A DNA stretch of 64,000 nucleotides, taken from assembly GCF_964355755.1 (NCBI RefSeq), contig NC_092674.1:29078001-29142000 (forward strand), read 5' to 3'. Position 1 is the first letter of the stretch, and the number at the start of each line of letters is the position of its first letter. A program made the position numbers and the translations under genes. Origin of the DNA: Antedon mediterranea. Lineage: Eukaryota > Animalia > Echinodermata. The notes beneath the pieces are model-generated. The model was not told where the DNA came from, ran no database searches, and worked only from the letters and a program-made list of their open reading frames with translations. Below, piece by piece: positions 49,492-61,375 of this stretch.

Positions 49492-52400
49492 ATGTATAAG
49501 TGTTTTTGTTTTGCCCTTCTGTGCTTCATTACAATTGGAGCACAAGGCAAGAATAGTGGCCTAGAATTGGAGGTAAGAAATTATGTTACTTTATATATTT
49601 TTTTTGTAAACTAGGCCTGTCTGCCTACTTAAGTAGGCCTATGTGTAAAAGAGGCATCGGTGTCATTAAGAACATTTTAACATTCATAAATAATGAGTGT
49701 GAAATTGCTAGATATTCGATTATATAACAAATTATATAACATCATTGTTATCTGATTGGCTGATTGTGGGTCACGTGGTATATTCAATATTCATTTGAAC
49801 CTATGCGATATTTCGTTACGTTCTTTGAACCTCTGTCCGTCACGCCAGAAAAGCAGGATACAGTATTGTTTTCCAGTTGACGTTTGTCTTAGAGTGGCGC
49901 TGTGCCGATTGGTTCCAGTTAATGATTCTTCTCTGGGCTAGATTTCGACCTATGGCATAATAAATAGCCTTCAGATAACCATTATAAGTTTTTATACTAC
50001 AAACATGATGAAATAACTATATGTATGTAAATTACAGTATACTTAGAATTCTTTGTGTTAAATTGATTTTTAGAATCTCTTACTGCGGTACTTTTTAGAA
50101 AAATCTGCTGACAAAGTTGAAACCCGTGTCGGCGAACCAGAAGCACGTAAGTTTGTCTGGACAGATAGAAAGTTGATTAAATGAAAGAGGTAAACAAGTA
50201 ACACCAAGGTTTTTACTTGTTGCCATAAAGTTTACTTGTGAATGCTGCAATTAATGAACAGCGGGTTACTTTGGAAAATACGCCTACAATAATCAATATA
50301 AACCACATTACGTCGCCTACAGATGTTTTCATACGCCATCCAAAGAAAAGATATTACGCACCACTAAGTTTGGTTAAAATAACTCTAAAATATCAAAAAT
50401 AATTCAACGCAATCAATAAATCTATCAATTATCATCTTTAAAATATGAATATGAACATTTATTAACACAGCACATACCGATAATCCCGTAACAGTTTTAA
50501 AGTGCGATTTCTGGGCACCGTGAGGTGAACACATTATTCAACATTTCTTTTTAAAAATACAATTGTAATCGTTCTATCGTTCTTCCATGTTTAAACGTGC
50601 ATTATTTTAAGTTGCAAGGTTGAACACAATGAGACCCCCCCCCCCCCCCCCCACAACACGCAATGTACCAGTTCTTTCAAACTTTCCAAATGATTTTCTG
50701 ATAGAAGCCAATAATGGCGGCGATGGTGGTGAAGACAACAACGGCATTTACCAAAAGAAAACCCTGTCGTCTGCAATAGCCAATTCAGAAGTTGAAAACC
50801 AGGACTTTATGGACGCAATGTTATACGTACATAATCACTACAGAAATCTACATTGTAACACCGATGTACGTACCAATTTATTCAGTACACACACAGAGTA
50901 AACGAAGGAATGTGTTGTTTTTTTTCGAAAGCTTGGCTCTTACATTACATTTTTAATACCTATTATTACTTATTATATTGTTTTATACACAGGCATTGGA
51001 ACATCTGCAAACATTGTCTGATCATGCACAGACAGTTGCGGACGACAATGCGGAAGCGGGAGAATTAGAACACTCGACGACATCCTACGGCGAAAACCTG
51101 TATCGCGTACAAACTCATGTTTATTATGGCGAATTCAACCAAGGAATTCTAGGTATAACATTTATTTATTACAATTGACACAACAATTGTTATTGACCAG
51201 GGCAGAGTTTATTATGGGCAAAGCCCAACACAGAAGTGGTTATATCACTAAATCCTAATTTTGACGCGACGAACGATTTCAGTGTGTGAAGATCAAGTCG
51301 ATTTTCAACTTCTTCAAAGCGGTGATTTCGAAGCTCGCTTTGATTTGGCGCTTGTCGCTTCGTGTTCAAATGTCAGTATTTTAATAACAACCGAAATGTA
51401 TGAAAAATATTTCTGAGAAATGTTGATGATTATGATGATGATTGGATCTCCTCATAATTCAAATATACACTAATGTCGCCATATTATGCCTAATTATTAT
51501 TATTTTTTTTTTAAGCTTTGAACGCTGCGAAAGCTTGGTATGGCGAGCAAACAAATTATAATTACAACAATCCCGGATCTAGTGAAGGAGCAATAGGTAA
51601 TTAACCGCTATTTATTAATATAATGCGAATTTTTGTTTTAATTTCAAACTTACCACCATTGCCTACATGGGAATTTGTGCTTACGTAGAATTATAAAAAA
51701 AGGTTCCGTTTTCCGTTATTGTATTGCGGCTTCCGTCGTTGCGTTGCGGCTTCCAACTTTGCGTTGAGATTTCCGTGTTTGCGTTGCGGCTTCGTCTTTG
51801 CGTTGCGTCTTGGCATTGCGGCTTCCGTCTTTGCATTGCGGCTTCGTCTTTGCGTTGCGTCTTCCGTCTTTGCATTGCGGCTTCCGTCTTTGCATTGCGG
51901 CTTCCGTCGTTGCGTTGCGGCTTCTTACTTTGCGTTGCGTTTTCCGTCTTTGCATTGCGGCTTCGTCTTTGCATTGCGGCTTCCGTCTTTGCATTGCGGC
52001 TTCGTCTTTCCGTTGCGTCTTCCGTCTTTGCATTGCGGCTTCCGTCTTTGGGTTGCGTCTTCAATCTTTTCATTACTGTTTTTGTCCTGTTTCCGGTTCC
52101 CGTGTTGTCCTGTTTTTTTTTTCATTTTCTATGGGCTGCCTTATACAAGCTTTGCTTTTTAGGAATGTTGCCCCTCTTATTTTAATAATTTTTACTGTTA
52201 ATTTTTATTTTCTATGAAAGACAAGAGAAATAAATGTTACTTTGATTGATTGATTGATTGATTGATTGCGGCTTCGTCTTTGCATTGCGGCTTCCGTCTT
52301 TGGGTTGCGTCTCCGTCTTTGCATTGCGGCTTCGTCTTTGCGTTGCGGCTTCCGTCTTTGCATTGCGGCCTCCGTCTTTGCATTGCGGCTTCCGTCTTTG

Positions 52401-52873
52401 CGTTGATCTTCGTTTTTGCGTTGCGTCTTCCGTCTTTGCGTTGCGGCTTCCATCTTTGCGTTGCGTCTTCCGACTTTGCATTGCGGCTTTCTCTTTGCGT
52501 TACGGCTTCCGTCTTTGCATTGCGGCTTCCGTCTTTGCGTTGCGTCTCCGTCTTTGCATTGCGGCTTCGTCTTTGCGTTACGTCTTCCGTCTTTGCGTTG
52601 CGGCTTCCGTCTTTGCGTTGCATCCTATTGGGAAACCAAGTCCAGTTCAAGTACCGTATTTTAAAAAGTCGTAAATACTTCAATTGATTATCATTAGGAC
52701 ATTTTACACAAGTGGTATGGAAAACTACAGATCAGCTGGGATGTGCTTACAACAAAGTGGATGGAGAAAACGGCTATTACACCGTATACGTCACTTGTAA
52801 TTATAGTCCTACTGGTAATGTATACGGTGAAAATGGAACGAACGTGGACTACCGGAAACCAGGGGTTGTGTAA
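49492..52873 (+). CDS. Secreted CAP-superfamily (GAPR-1/PR-1-like) protein 1, 274 aa
   Basis: Exons 49492-49572, 50074-50146, 50612-50865, 50993-51152, 51516-51596, 52698-52873 (825 nt). Signal peptide MYKCFCFALLCFITIGAQG. Motifs: HNHYRNLH, LEHS, YGENL, AWYGE, GHFTQVVWKTT, CNYSPTGN. Confidence 0.9.
51716..52622. repeat. Two blocks (about 51716-52062 and 52263-52622) of a 19-20-bp minisatellite TTGCGGCTTCCGTCTTTGCA in CAP1 intron 5, separated by unique sequence and (GATT)n
   Basis: Directly visible. It explains the many overlapping repetitive ORFs in the track. Confidence 0.93.
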
Positions 52874-55333
52874 GACGAACTCAGTGAGAATTAAATTACA
52901 GGTGTTTGTAATAATGAATTATTTATTTTTATTTATTTTTTAAAACATATTTAGGCAGGATAACATAATTCAGAAAAGAAAAGATCACAAAATTTCTGTT
53001 TTTCAATATGGTCCTGCAATGAAACAACTTTAAGAAAAATACACAAGAAAAATTAGATCATTATAGAAAGTTTCTTAAGGGTATAATTTACTATACTGTA
53101 TACTGTAATCCATAATAATAATAATAATAATATAATACATTTCGGCGTAAATACAGACATTGATTGATCTAGTCGCGTTGGTGGTGGCGGTGATGATGGG
53201 GGCGGAGTTGTCGCGCGGAGATGATGATGACGGCGGAGTTGTCGCGCGGTGATGACATATGATGGAAATGGTGGTGGCGGGTGCGAAGAGGAAGCATAAT
53301 TATATTAGATATATTATTTATTCACTCAGTAAAGAAATGTATTGGTTGGTTGTTTATAATAATGTACCACTGGTGACTAAACACAGTCAAACATTTGCGC
53401 TTTAATTATTAACACAAACAATTTGAGGACCCATTTTCAGTAATACAATTTATTGTTATAATGTGTTTATGTATCTAACAGTGTACCCACACTCACAGTA
53501 AAAAATATGCGCTTTAAATGGGGACCGAACATGATTTCAAGAATGCTTTTAATTATTGCAATCCTTTTCGTATCTAATATTAGTAGACTTATAGGTATAC
53601 GTACCCAATTGTTTACTTATCAGTAGTGTTACGTATGTACCAAATAAGGTATGATGACTGAAGTTGCTATGATGTCATCTACGACTTAGAAAACCCAAAT
53701 ACTGTGTTTATACACTGGTTTATTACGGAAGGGAATGGAAGACAGACTAGAATGTCCCATTCATCTTCAATCAACCCGTTTAAATAAAAGTATATTCTAC
53801 CTATTAAAATTGTAATGTTTATAAATTTGTGTTGTATGTTCTTACATTATGATGTTGTACTCGAGCTGGTTAAAATTATTGTACAGTGTATACCACGATT
53901 GGAAAACACCCTTATTCGGGGCAAATAGTTGAACCTAAATTGACATAACTAATAATCTAACTCAAATTAATTAGTAAACAGGGTTACATTATAATAGACG
54001 ATGTTGGTTCTTGTAACATACCGTATATGAAAATGTTCTGACGTAGCATCACTTTTTTTATAGGTGACATATCGCTACCATAATTGAACATATCACTACC
54101 ATCATCACACTTTTTGTCAAACTAGTTTGATAGTGTAGACAGAGCTTAAGTGAAACAAAATAAACGAAAATGAACTGTTACAGTTACAAACATTGTAATA
54201 ACATTTAACATTCCTCGATACTCGATTTGGTGGCGATTCAAAGGAGTTATAATTATTAATGGACCTGGTGGAAAAAGGCCAGGTGGCAACAGACCTGACA
54301 TAACTTAATTTTATATTTATTTTTATTGACCTAATAAATATTAGCATAATAGCTTGATTAACATAATTATTCATTCTTGTTTATTTAAATTTATATTAAA
54401 TTATTTAAATCGTAAAAGTATTTATTAAAAAAATTATAATTTAGATAAATACTTTAAGCTCAGATCGTCAATAAAAATACATATATTGTATACCTCAAAG
54501 ATATTTTATTAGCAACTGTAATATATAACAGTATATTTTTATAAATTACAATTATTCGCGCGCAGCACAGAAGAACGATCGGTTGTTGAAATCGCAGATT
54601 TTTATTTATTTCATCAGGTATGTTAAATTACAGTACTTCTACTAACATAATGGTTAATGGAATGTAACCACAATTGCCTCTCTTGAAGTCTGTGTGCACT
54701 CTATGTTTGTTATATTCAATTTTAAAATTATTATGGCCTGCTATGTTTATATATAGGCCTATATACATTTTATGGCTGTTTTACTTTATCGTTTTGATTT
54801 ATCTTTTAACTTATTTTAATTGGCATCTCCATTTATATTCCAGCTACTGATACCCACAGCATTGTCATTGTTCAGTAATGTGCATTTATATGTAATATCT
54901 TTTAATTTGTAAGGGGTTAAACTCGACATTTATAGAAGCTATTTGTCATAGGCCTACTTAAGGCGTTTGTTACATTCGACTAATAAGCAGACGTAACGTT
55001 AATTTCCATGTGATTCAATGGGAACTGTTTGAGTTTACATGGCCACGAAGTTATCGAGTATAAATATATTCTACGTTGCCCTTTGAAAGTATTCCATCAA
55101 TCACGAAAAAATATACGACCTATATAAAGCTGGAGACTAGGAAATTAGAAAGAAAAACAACAAGCTGAGGGTAACATATACCGTGACGGCAAATGACGAT
55201 AATGATACAGAAGATGATAATAATTATACATAATTAATATCATTTTAAAAATGACCTTCCATGACATTCCTGTATGGTATGCTTATTTACATAATGACAC
55301 ATGTGATCAGTACACTTCTTTTTTTTTTAGACA

Positions 55334-57884
55334 ATGGCTCAACGAGTTTGCATTGCGTTAGTATTGCTGTTTGTAACGTTTGCCGCTGCAACGCAAGACG
55401 GTTTGTAAATCATTTTATAATCAGTAAATTTAAAGTTACAAAGTATTAGTATTATAAAGTAAAAGTGTATAGTTGGGGCGCCAGAAATGATTGAGTTCTA
55501 ACCACAGATTTGTAGTCTTCCTGTTTCTTCCATTTTATGTAGAGTATAACCCGTATGTCCATCTTTTTCATTTGATTTGTGAATATAATATTTATATCTG
55601 AAACTATTTATAAACTGCCAAAAAATGCTCCCAACCTTTTTATAACCGTTGGTTTGTGTGTCTTTGGTCTACTATCAACTTCTCAGTAATTCCCCGGTGA
55701 AGTCTCCATTCTGACTTAATCGAATGTGATAAGTAAATGATCTGTGGAGATAGATAGATTTTTTACTTTCGTAAGTGTATAAATTACTACCGTATACAAT
55801 CCCTCAAGTTTACATAACTGGTTTTAGTTCTTAATATAGTTACATCCATATTTCAAGGCGATCGTTAACTCTGATGAAAACTAACTGAGAGCTATTACCC
55901 ATTGTATTTGTTGCACTTGCATCATCTTGTGTAATTAAGTCTAGATGTCTGCATTTTCAAAAAGTGACAAATAATAGATGGCCAAGTTTAAAAGCTATTC
56001 TTCCTATATGTAGAATTGAACACCAAAATGAAATCCGATGGTTCATTCGTTTATTCAATATTCAATAAATTTTCAAAAAATTTTCTCCACACACATATTA
56101 AAAATACATAAAATAATAATTATATGACACGTAGGATAATAAGCAATAACAAACATAGTATGTGTGGAAGAAAACCTATATACCTTTAAATCAAATCATT
56201 ATTTATTTACTGTTTGATTCTTATCATTTTTTTTATAATTTCTGCTTGATCAAGAGGTTGAGGAGGACGACGGTGACAACGAAAATGTAAATAAATTTAT
56301 GGAGACAATGTTAGAGAAACATAACGAGTACAGAAGTAGACATGGCGTCGATGTACGTACAGTCCAAATATAGATTCATATTTATGAAACTCCGAATTAG
56401 TATAAGGCATTTCTCATTTTTAATAAAGAGGGGAGAAAACAAAGAAAGAAATAATGTTATGATAGTACTAGAAACTTGCCCCAAGTCTGTATTATTGTCT
56501 TTTATGTTAGTCCACCCATGAAAGCTTTAGATTTTATGTTCATATACCATAATTATTGTGAACTCAAGTATTATACGTATGAAACGCCATATGTGCCAAA
56601 ATAATTTTCTTTCTACTAAATTATTAATTCTAAACACAGCCTAGAATTTATGTTTTAACCTACGGTATATGTTCTAAAAGTGGAATTCCAATTTTTAAGA
56701 TATTACAAGAAACATAGGCCTATAATGATCGCCGCGTGGCATTAGAAGAAATGAATGAATACAAAATTAAATATTTTTTAGTGTGAAAGTAATCCTTTTA
56801 TATATTTATCAAACTTTCGGTTAAAAAGAGGAAATATGGAATATGAAGTGGATTTGATTAAAAATTGAGTTGAGTTGTTAAAAAATTGAATTGTAATGAT
56901 AAAAAAACATTAGAAAATAACAAAAACGTGATTATAATAAAAATAATTTGAACATTAGTGATGACATGACTATGATGATATTAATGTGAATAAAAGTGGT
57001 GTTTAGAAAAAAAATAAGAAAAAAAAACCTTTTTATGATCATATTACGTTTTATACACAGCCATTGACATATTCAGAAACGATGGCTGAAAATGCGAAAA
57101 GAGTTGCCGAACGTAGCGCGGAATCGGGAAAGTTGGAATACTCAGATTGGGAGACTAGAATGGGCAACGGTGAAAATCAATTTAAAATAGGAACTTCTGA
57201 GAGCGTCACCAACCCAGAGATTGCAGGTAGGCATAACCGTATTTTTTGTTGGATAAGATGCTACATATTGGGAGTACGTCTTTTAATTAGGCATTCTATG
57301 GAACAATATGTAGGCCTATATAACATTAATTTAATTTTGTTTTTAAGCTTCGGATGCTGTGAACTCTTGGTATGGCGAGATTGAATATTATGATTTTAAA
57401 AAACCCGGATTTCGACTAAAAACAGGTAAATTAGTTGCTATATTTGGTAGGTGATGGTTTGGAATAAAAGAAACGCGGAGAAAAGAAAAAACGTTCCTCC
57501 ATGATTATAACACCACTAGCATCCTTCATTCTCAAATTAAGTTCGTTATCAATTTGACACTTAACGCATGTCAACATTATATAATGACGTAATTATTTGA
57601 ATATGATTTTAGGACATGTTACGCAAGTGTTATGGAAAGAGACAACTGAGGTGGGTTGTGGTTACGCACGAACGCGATCCAGCGTATTGTTCGAAACCTA
57701 CGTGACTTGCCACTACAGTCCGGCTGGAAACGTGATACGTACATTTGCAGAAAACGTTCTGCCTGTGACTACGACGACCGAGCAGCCTGCGACCGAGCAG
57801 CCTGCGACCGAGCAGCCTTTGACCGAGCAGCCTGCGAACGAGCAGCCTGAGATCACGACAATCGAATCACTGTATACTACTTAA
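55334..57884 (+). CDS. Secreted CAP-superfamily protein 2 with a C-terminal TEQPA repeat tail, 226 aa
   Basis: Exons 55334-55400, 56255-56352, 57061-57226, 57348-57425, 57613-57884 (681 nt). Probable 5'UTR exon ending 54617. Signal peptide MAQRVCIALVLLFVTFAAA. Motifs: HNEYRSRH, GENQ, SWYGE, GHVTQVLWKET, CHYSPAGN. Confidence 0.9.
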
Positions 57885-58359
57885 ACAGTGTAGAATATTT
57901 GTAACGATGTGCATAGGCATTAATTAATTAATTTATGTTATAATAATGACTATAATGCACTATTTTTTCAGCGTATAATTAAACCTCGTCATATATAATT
58001 ATTCATTATTTTAAGTTAAATGTTTATTTTGAATTCAATTGAATCATCAGTTTCCTGGGATGTTACGAGCGCTCGTTGCCAAATAACAATTTGTATTATG
58101 AGTGTGGTCTAATGGTGCGGTAGCCTGTAGGCCTATTTACCATTACCAGCTGAAGCTGTCGGTGATTATGAGATAATGTTTTAAACCTGTACAACACTCG
58201 GAATCAACCCAAAATATCTATAAAATATTCTACAGAGCCTGAAAGAAAATTTATGGTTTTTAACTAGAAGTTCATAACCTTAATTCGTTAAATTAACTGA
58301 TATAATTAGGTGTATAATTTACAAAATAATCCCTTAATTTACATAAAATTGGTTTGACT

Positions 58360-58767
58360 CGGAGCATACGTCCGTATGAAAATGTCCTGTAGCATCATTT
58401 CTTTAATGATGTGACATGTTTCTCGGCTCAGTAAAGCTTGGTTCCCACTAGAACGTAACGCAAGGACGTAAACGCAACGGAAGCGTTTTAAAGCGTGGTT
58501 CCCACTAGCGACGCAACATAAGGACGTAACGCAACGCAAGTTAATTGACCAATCACAAGCGATGGCTTATTCGCTTGTCATTGCTAACTGTCTATAACTT
58601 CGCTTGTCATTGGTTAAAACGCTTGCGTTGCGTTTACGTCCTTGCGTTACGTTCTAGTGGGAACCAAGCTTTACTGAGCCGAGAAACATGTCACATAGTT
58701 AAAGAAATGATGCTACAGGACATTTTCATACGGACGTATGCTCCGTCGCTAGTGGGAACCACTCTTA
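58360..58767. mobile_element. Nested/inverted PIF/Harbinger-like MITEs (GGTTCCCACTAG termini) forming a ~130-bp-arm palindrome
   Basis: Arms 58360-58490 and 58615-58745 are near-perfect reverse complements. One element runs AGCGTGGTTCCCACTAGCGACG...CGTCGCTAGTGGGAACCACTCT. A related copy lies at about 63690-63888. Confidence 0.8.
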
Positions 58768-59914
58768 AGCTCTAAGGTAATCTAGTAACTTCCGTCTAGT
58801 ACAATATGGCTTATAATATGAAAGATCGGTCAACATGACAAGAATGTGCACAATAGTGCCAAATATAATAATATGGTTCTCTAATGTTAATTTATTTATG
58901 GCAATGAAATAAAGGAAACAAACATGATAGGTATTGTCCATCTTTCATGTTTTCTGATTGCAAATGTTCATTTCTTTTGTAATCAACGACATTTTTTATC
59001 AAAGCAATTAAACAAAATTGGCCTTTTATTACTTCATAATGGCATATACCACAATAACAATAATATCATGTATTTTTCTTAACACCGGCAAACTGAGTGT
59101 ATTAACTTAACTTTGTTAAAAACCATTAATTAGTGAAATAAATTAAACGACAATTAATAATATTAATACTTTTTTCTTCACAGAAGTTAGAGTTAACAAA
59201 TATTGTTTTTAAACAATAAATCAATACCTTTATGCCCTGATTAAAATAATTTAATAAATTAAAATAACAAGTATAAATATGTTATTCAAGCTTTTATACT
59301 AATATTTAATCGAGGTAAAAAAAGTATACAATTATGTACGTGAAAAAAATGTTTAGCTGTGGTTACGTAATTGAATGTAAATTAATCAAGTATGTTAATC
59401 AAGTTATACTAAGAGATAATTGGTTAATAAAAACAAGTACTGTATACAATATATACCTGAAAAACATTTTAACTCCGATTTAATAATTTAATATAAATTG
59501 AAATAACAAGAATGGATATGTTTTATTGGGTCAATAAAAAGGTATACAATTCAAAACTCAGATTTAAATATTTTATTTATTCTAGAATATTAGTAAAGCT
59601 CTGTTTAGACTATCACACATTATGTGACAAAAAAGATGTGATGTTCCCATATATGGAAACGATGACGTCAACTGTAATATATAACAGTATCGTTTATCAA
59701 ATTACAATTATTCACGCACAGCACAGAAGAACGATCGGTGTTTGAAATCGCAGATTTTCATTTATTCTATCAGGTATGTTAACTTACAGCAGTACCTCAT
59801 AACATAATGGCTAATTGCTTCTTTTGGGGGTTGTGTGTATGTTGGCCTAATTTAGAAATTAATTTTATGCCTGTGATGTTTATAATATGTATTTATATAT
59901 ATATATATATATAT

Positions 59915-60191
59915 AAATTTAAGAGTGACATTAACTCTCATGAAAGCCAATATTTGGGCAGTTACCTTTGCGGCAAATCTTGCAAAACTTGTTTATGGGT
60001 TGATTCTACTGAAAACGTACTGTTTGCCACTAATAATATCAGTATATGAGATAAATGACGTTTTTGGTCAGACAATTAATTGATTGTCTTATCCGAAAAA
60101 TGCGGCCAGTTTCATCAATTACCAATTAACAAGTTTTGCAAGATTTGCCCAAATATTGGCTGTCATGAGAGTTAATTTCACTCTTAAATTT
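59915..60191. mobile_element. MITE with ~75-bp TIRs next to a (TA)n tract
   Basis: AAATTTAAGAGTGACATTAACTCTCATGA..GCCAATATTTGGGCA..AATCTTGCAAAACTTGTT mirrored at about 60128-60191. Confidence 0.8.
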
Positions 60192-60208
60192 GGATGTATG
60201 TATATATA

Positions 60209-60320
60209 AGAAAAAGTCGGCCAAACCGAGATTCTAACTCCCGAACCTTCTGCTTGTATATATAATATATACAAGCAGAAGGTTCGGGGGTTAGAATCTC
60301 GATTTGGCCGACTTTTTTCT
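60209..60320. repeat. Near-perfect ~55-bp-arm hairpin with an essentially zero-length loop
   Basis: AGAAAAAGTCGGCCAAACCGAGATTCTAACTCCCGAACCTTCTGCTTGTATATAT, then A, then its reverse complement with about 3 differences. Confidence 0.9.
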
Positions 60321-61375
60321 CATTCTCATAGATTTCCTCATCTTTATCGTGTCAAATAATGAATTAATACATTTTCAGTATATCGGATTAGAATTTGTTC
60401 TAGTATATGTTAGGTAATATCTTTTAATGTGTAAGGAGTTAAACTCGAAAATAGAAATCTACGATATTTTTAATCTTCCATTTCTTTTTTAGACAATGGC
60501 TCGACGAGTTTTTTTTTAGTATTGCTGTTTTTAACGTTTGCCACTGCAATGCAAAACGGGTTTGTAAATCATTTTTTAATAAAACATTTATGATACAATG
60601 ATTATTTTATCACATATCAAAATAATAGTATAATAAAGTAAAAATATATATAGTTGGGGAGCCAGAAAAGTACCTTACTATACATTAAGTGAAATAAGGA
60701 GGCAAAGAGTATTACTAGTATAGATATGCTGCCTCCTCTCATAGGTTTTATGTGCGAGTCATAATTATGTTCGTTTGAAATCTACAATATTTTTAATCTT
60801 CCATTTCTTTTTTAGACAATGGCTTGACGAGTTTTTATTTCTTTAGTACTGTATTGCTGTTTTTAACGTTTGCCGCTACAACGCAAGACGGTTTGTAAAT
60901 CATTTTTTAATAAAATATTCATGTTACAATGTGGCTTCAACAAAACAACAGAAAGTAACGGGTATATCTACGTTTACGCGGAGTGTAACTATAGTCCTGC
61001 TGCTGGTATAGACGAAACTGAATATAAAGACAACGTTGCTAAACAATACTAATGGTTGGTGGGTAACTATGAATCCAGTGTAGATCAAAGATGAACATAA
61101 CAGGTGAACATTAAATATATGCAAATTAATCACTGTGCGTCCTCACAACAAAAGACCGCACGTCACAACATAATGCATGAAATAACTGCTTGAAAGGTTT
61201 ATAGAAAAATAATAATAAGGTCACAAGTTAAGTACACTGGATAACAGAACGATTGTTCTTGATTATCACCTTGTCAGTGAACAAAAACAATATTTAGATT
61301 CAGAGAAATCCATTTGTGGATTGGCGTTCATTGGTGGTATCATACATTCTTGTTTTTCTGAGACAATTTTCAAAC

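Larger units (their letters stand above)
59700..61052 (+). pseudogene. CAP-family pseudogene: duplicated CAP2-type 5' exons fused to an orphan last-exon fragment
   Basis: Copy of the CAP2 5'UTR exon (donor 59773). Two signal-exon copies, both disabled: ATG 60496 reads MARRVFF-stop and ATG 60819 reads MA-stop. Then CGFNKTTESNGYIYVYAECNYSPAAG...QY-stop (60930-61052) with no acceptor and no middle exons. Confidence 0.8.

Noticed and set aside
51681-52687. A dozen overlapping 60-150 aa ORFs on both strands
   Set aside because: Artefacts of a stop-poor 19-20-bp minisatellite inside CAP1 intron 5.
53170-53290. GC-rich patch that could encode a His/Pro-rich peptide on the minus strand
   Set aside because: A short internal duplication with no start, splice signals or long frame; probably a repeat fragment.
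58339-58775. Two similar ORFs on opposite strands
   Set aside because: Mirror translations of the palindromic MITE arms.
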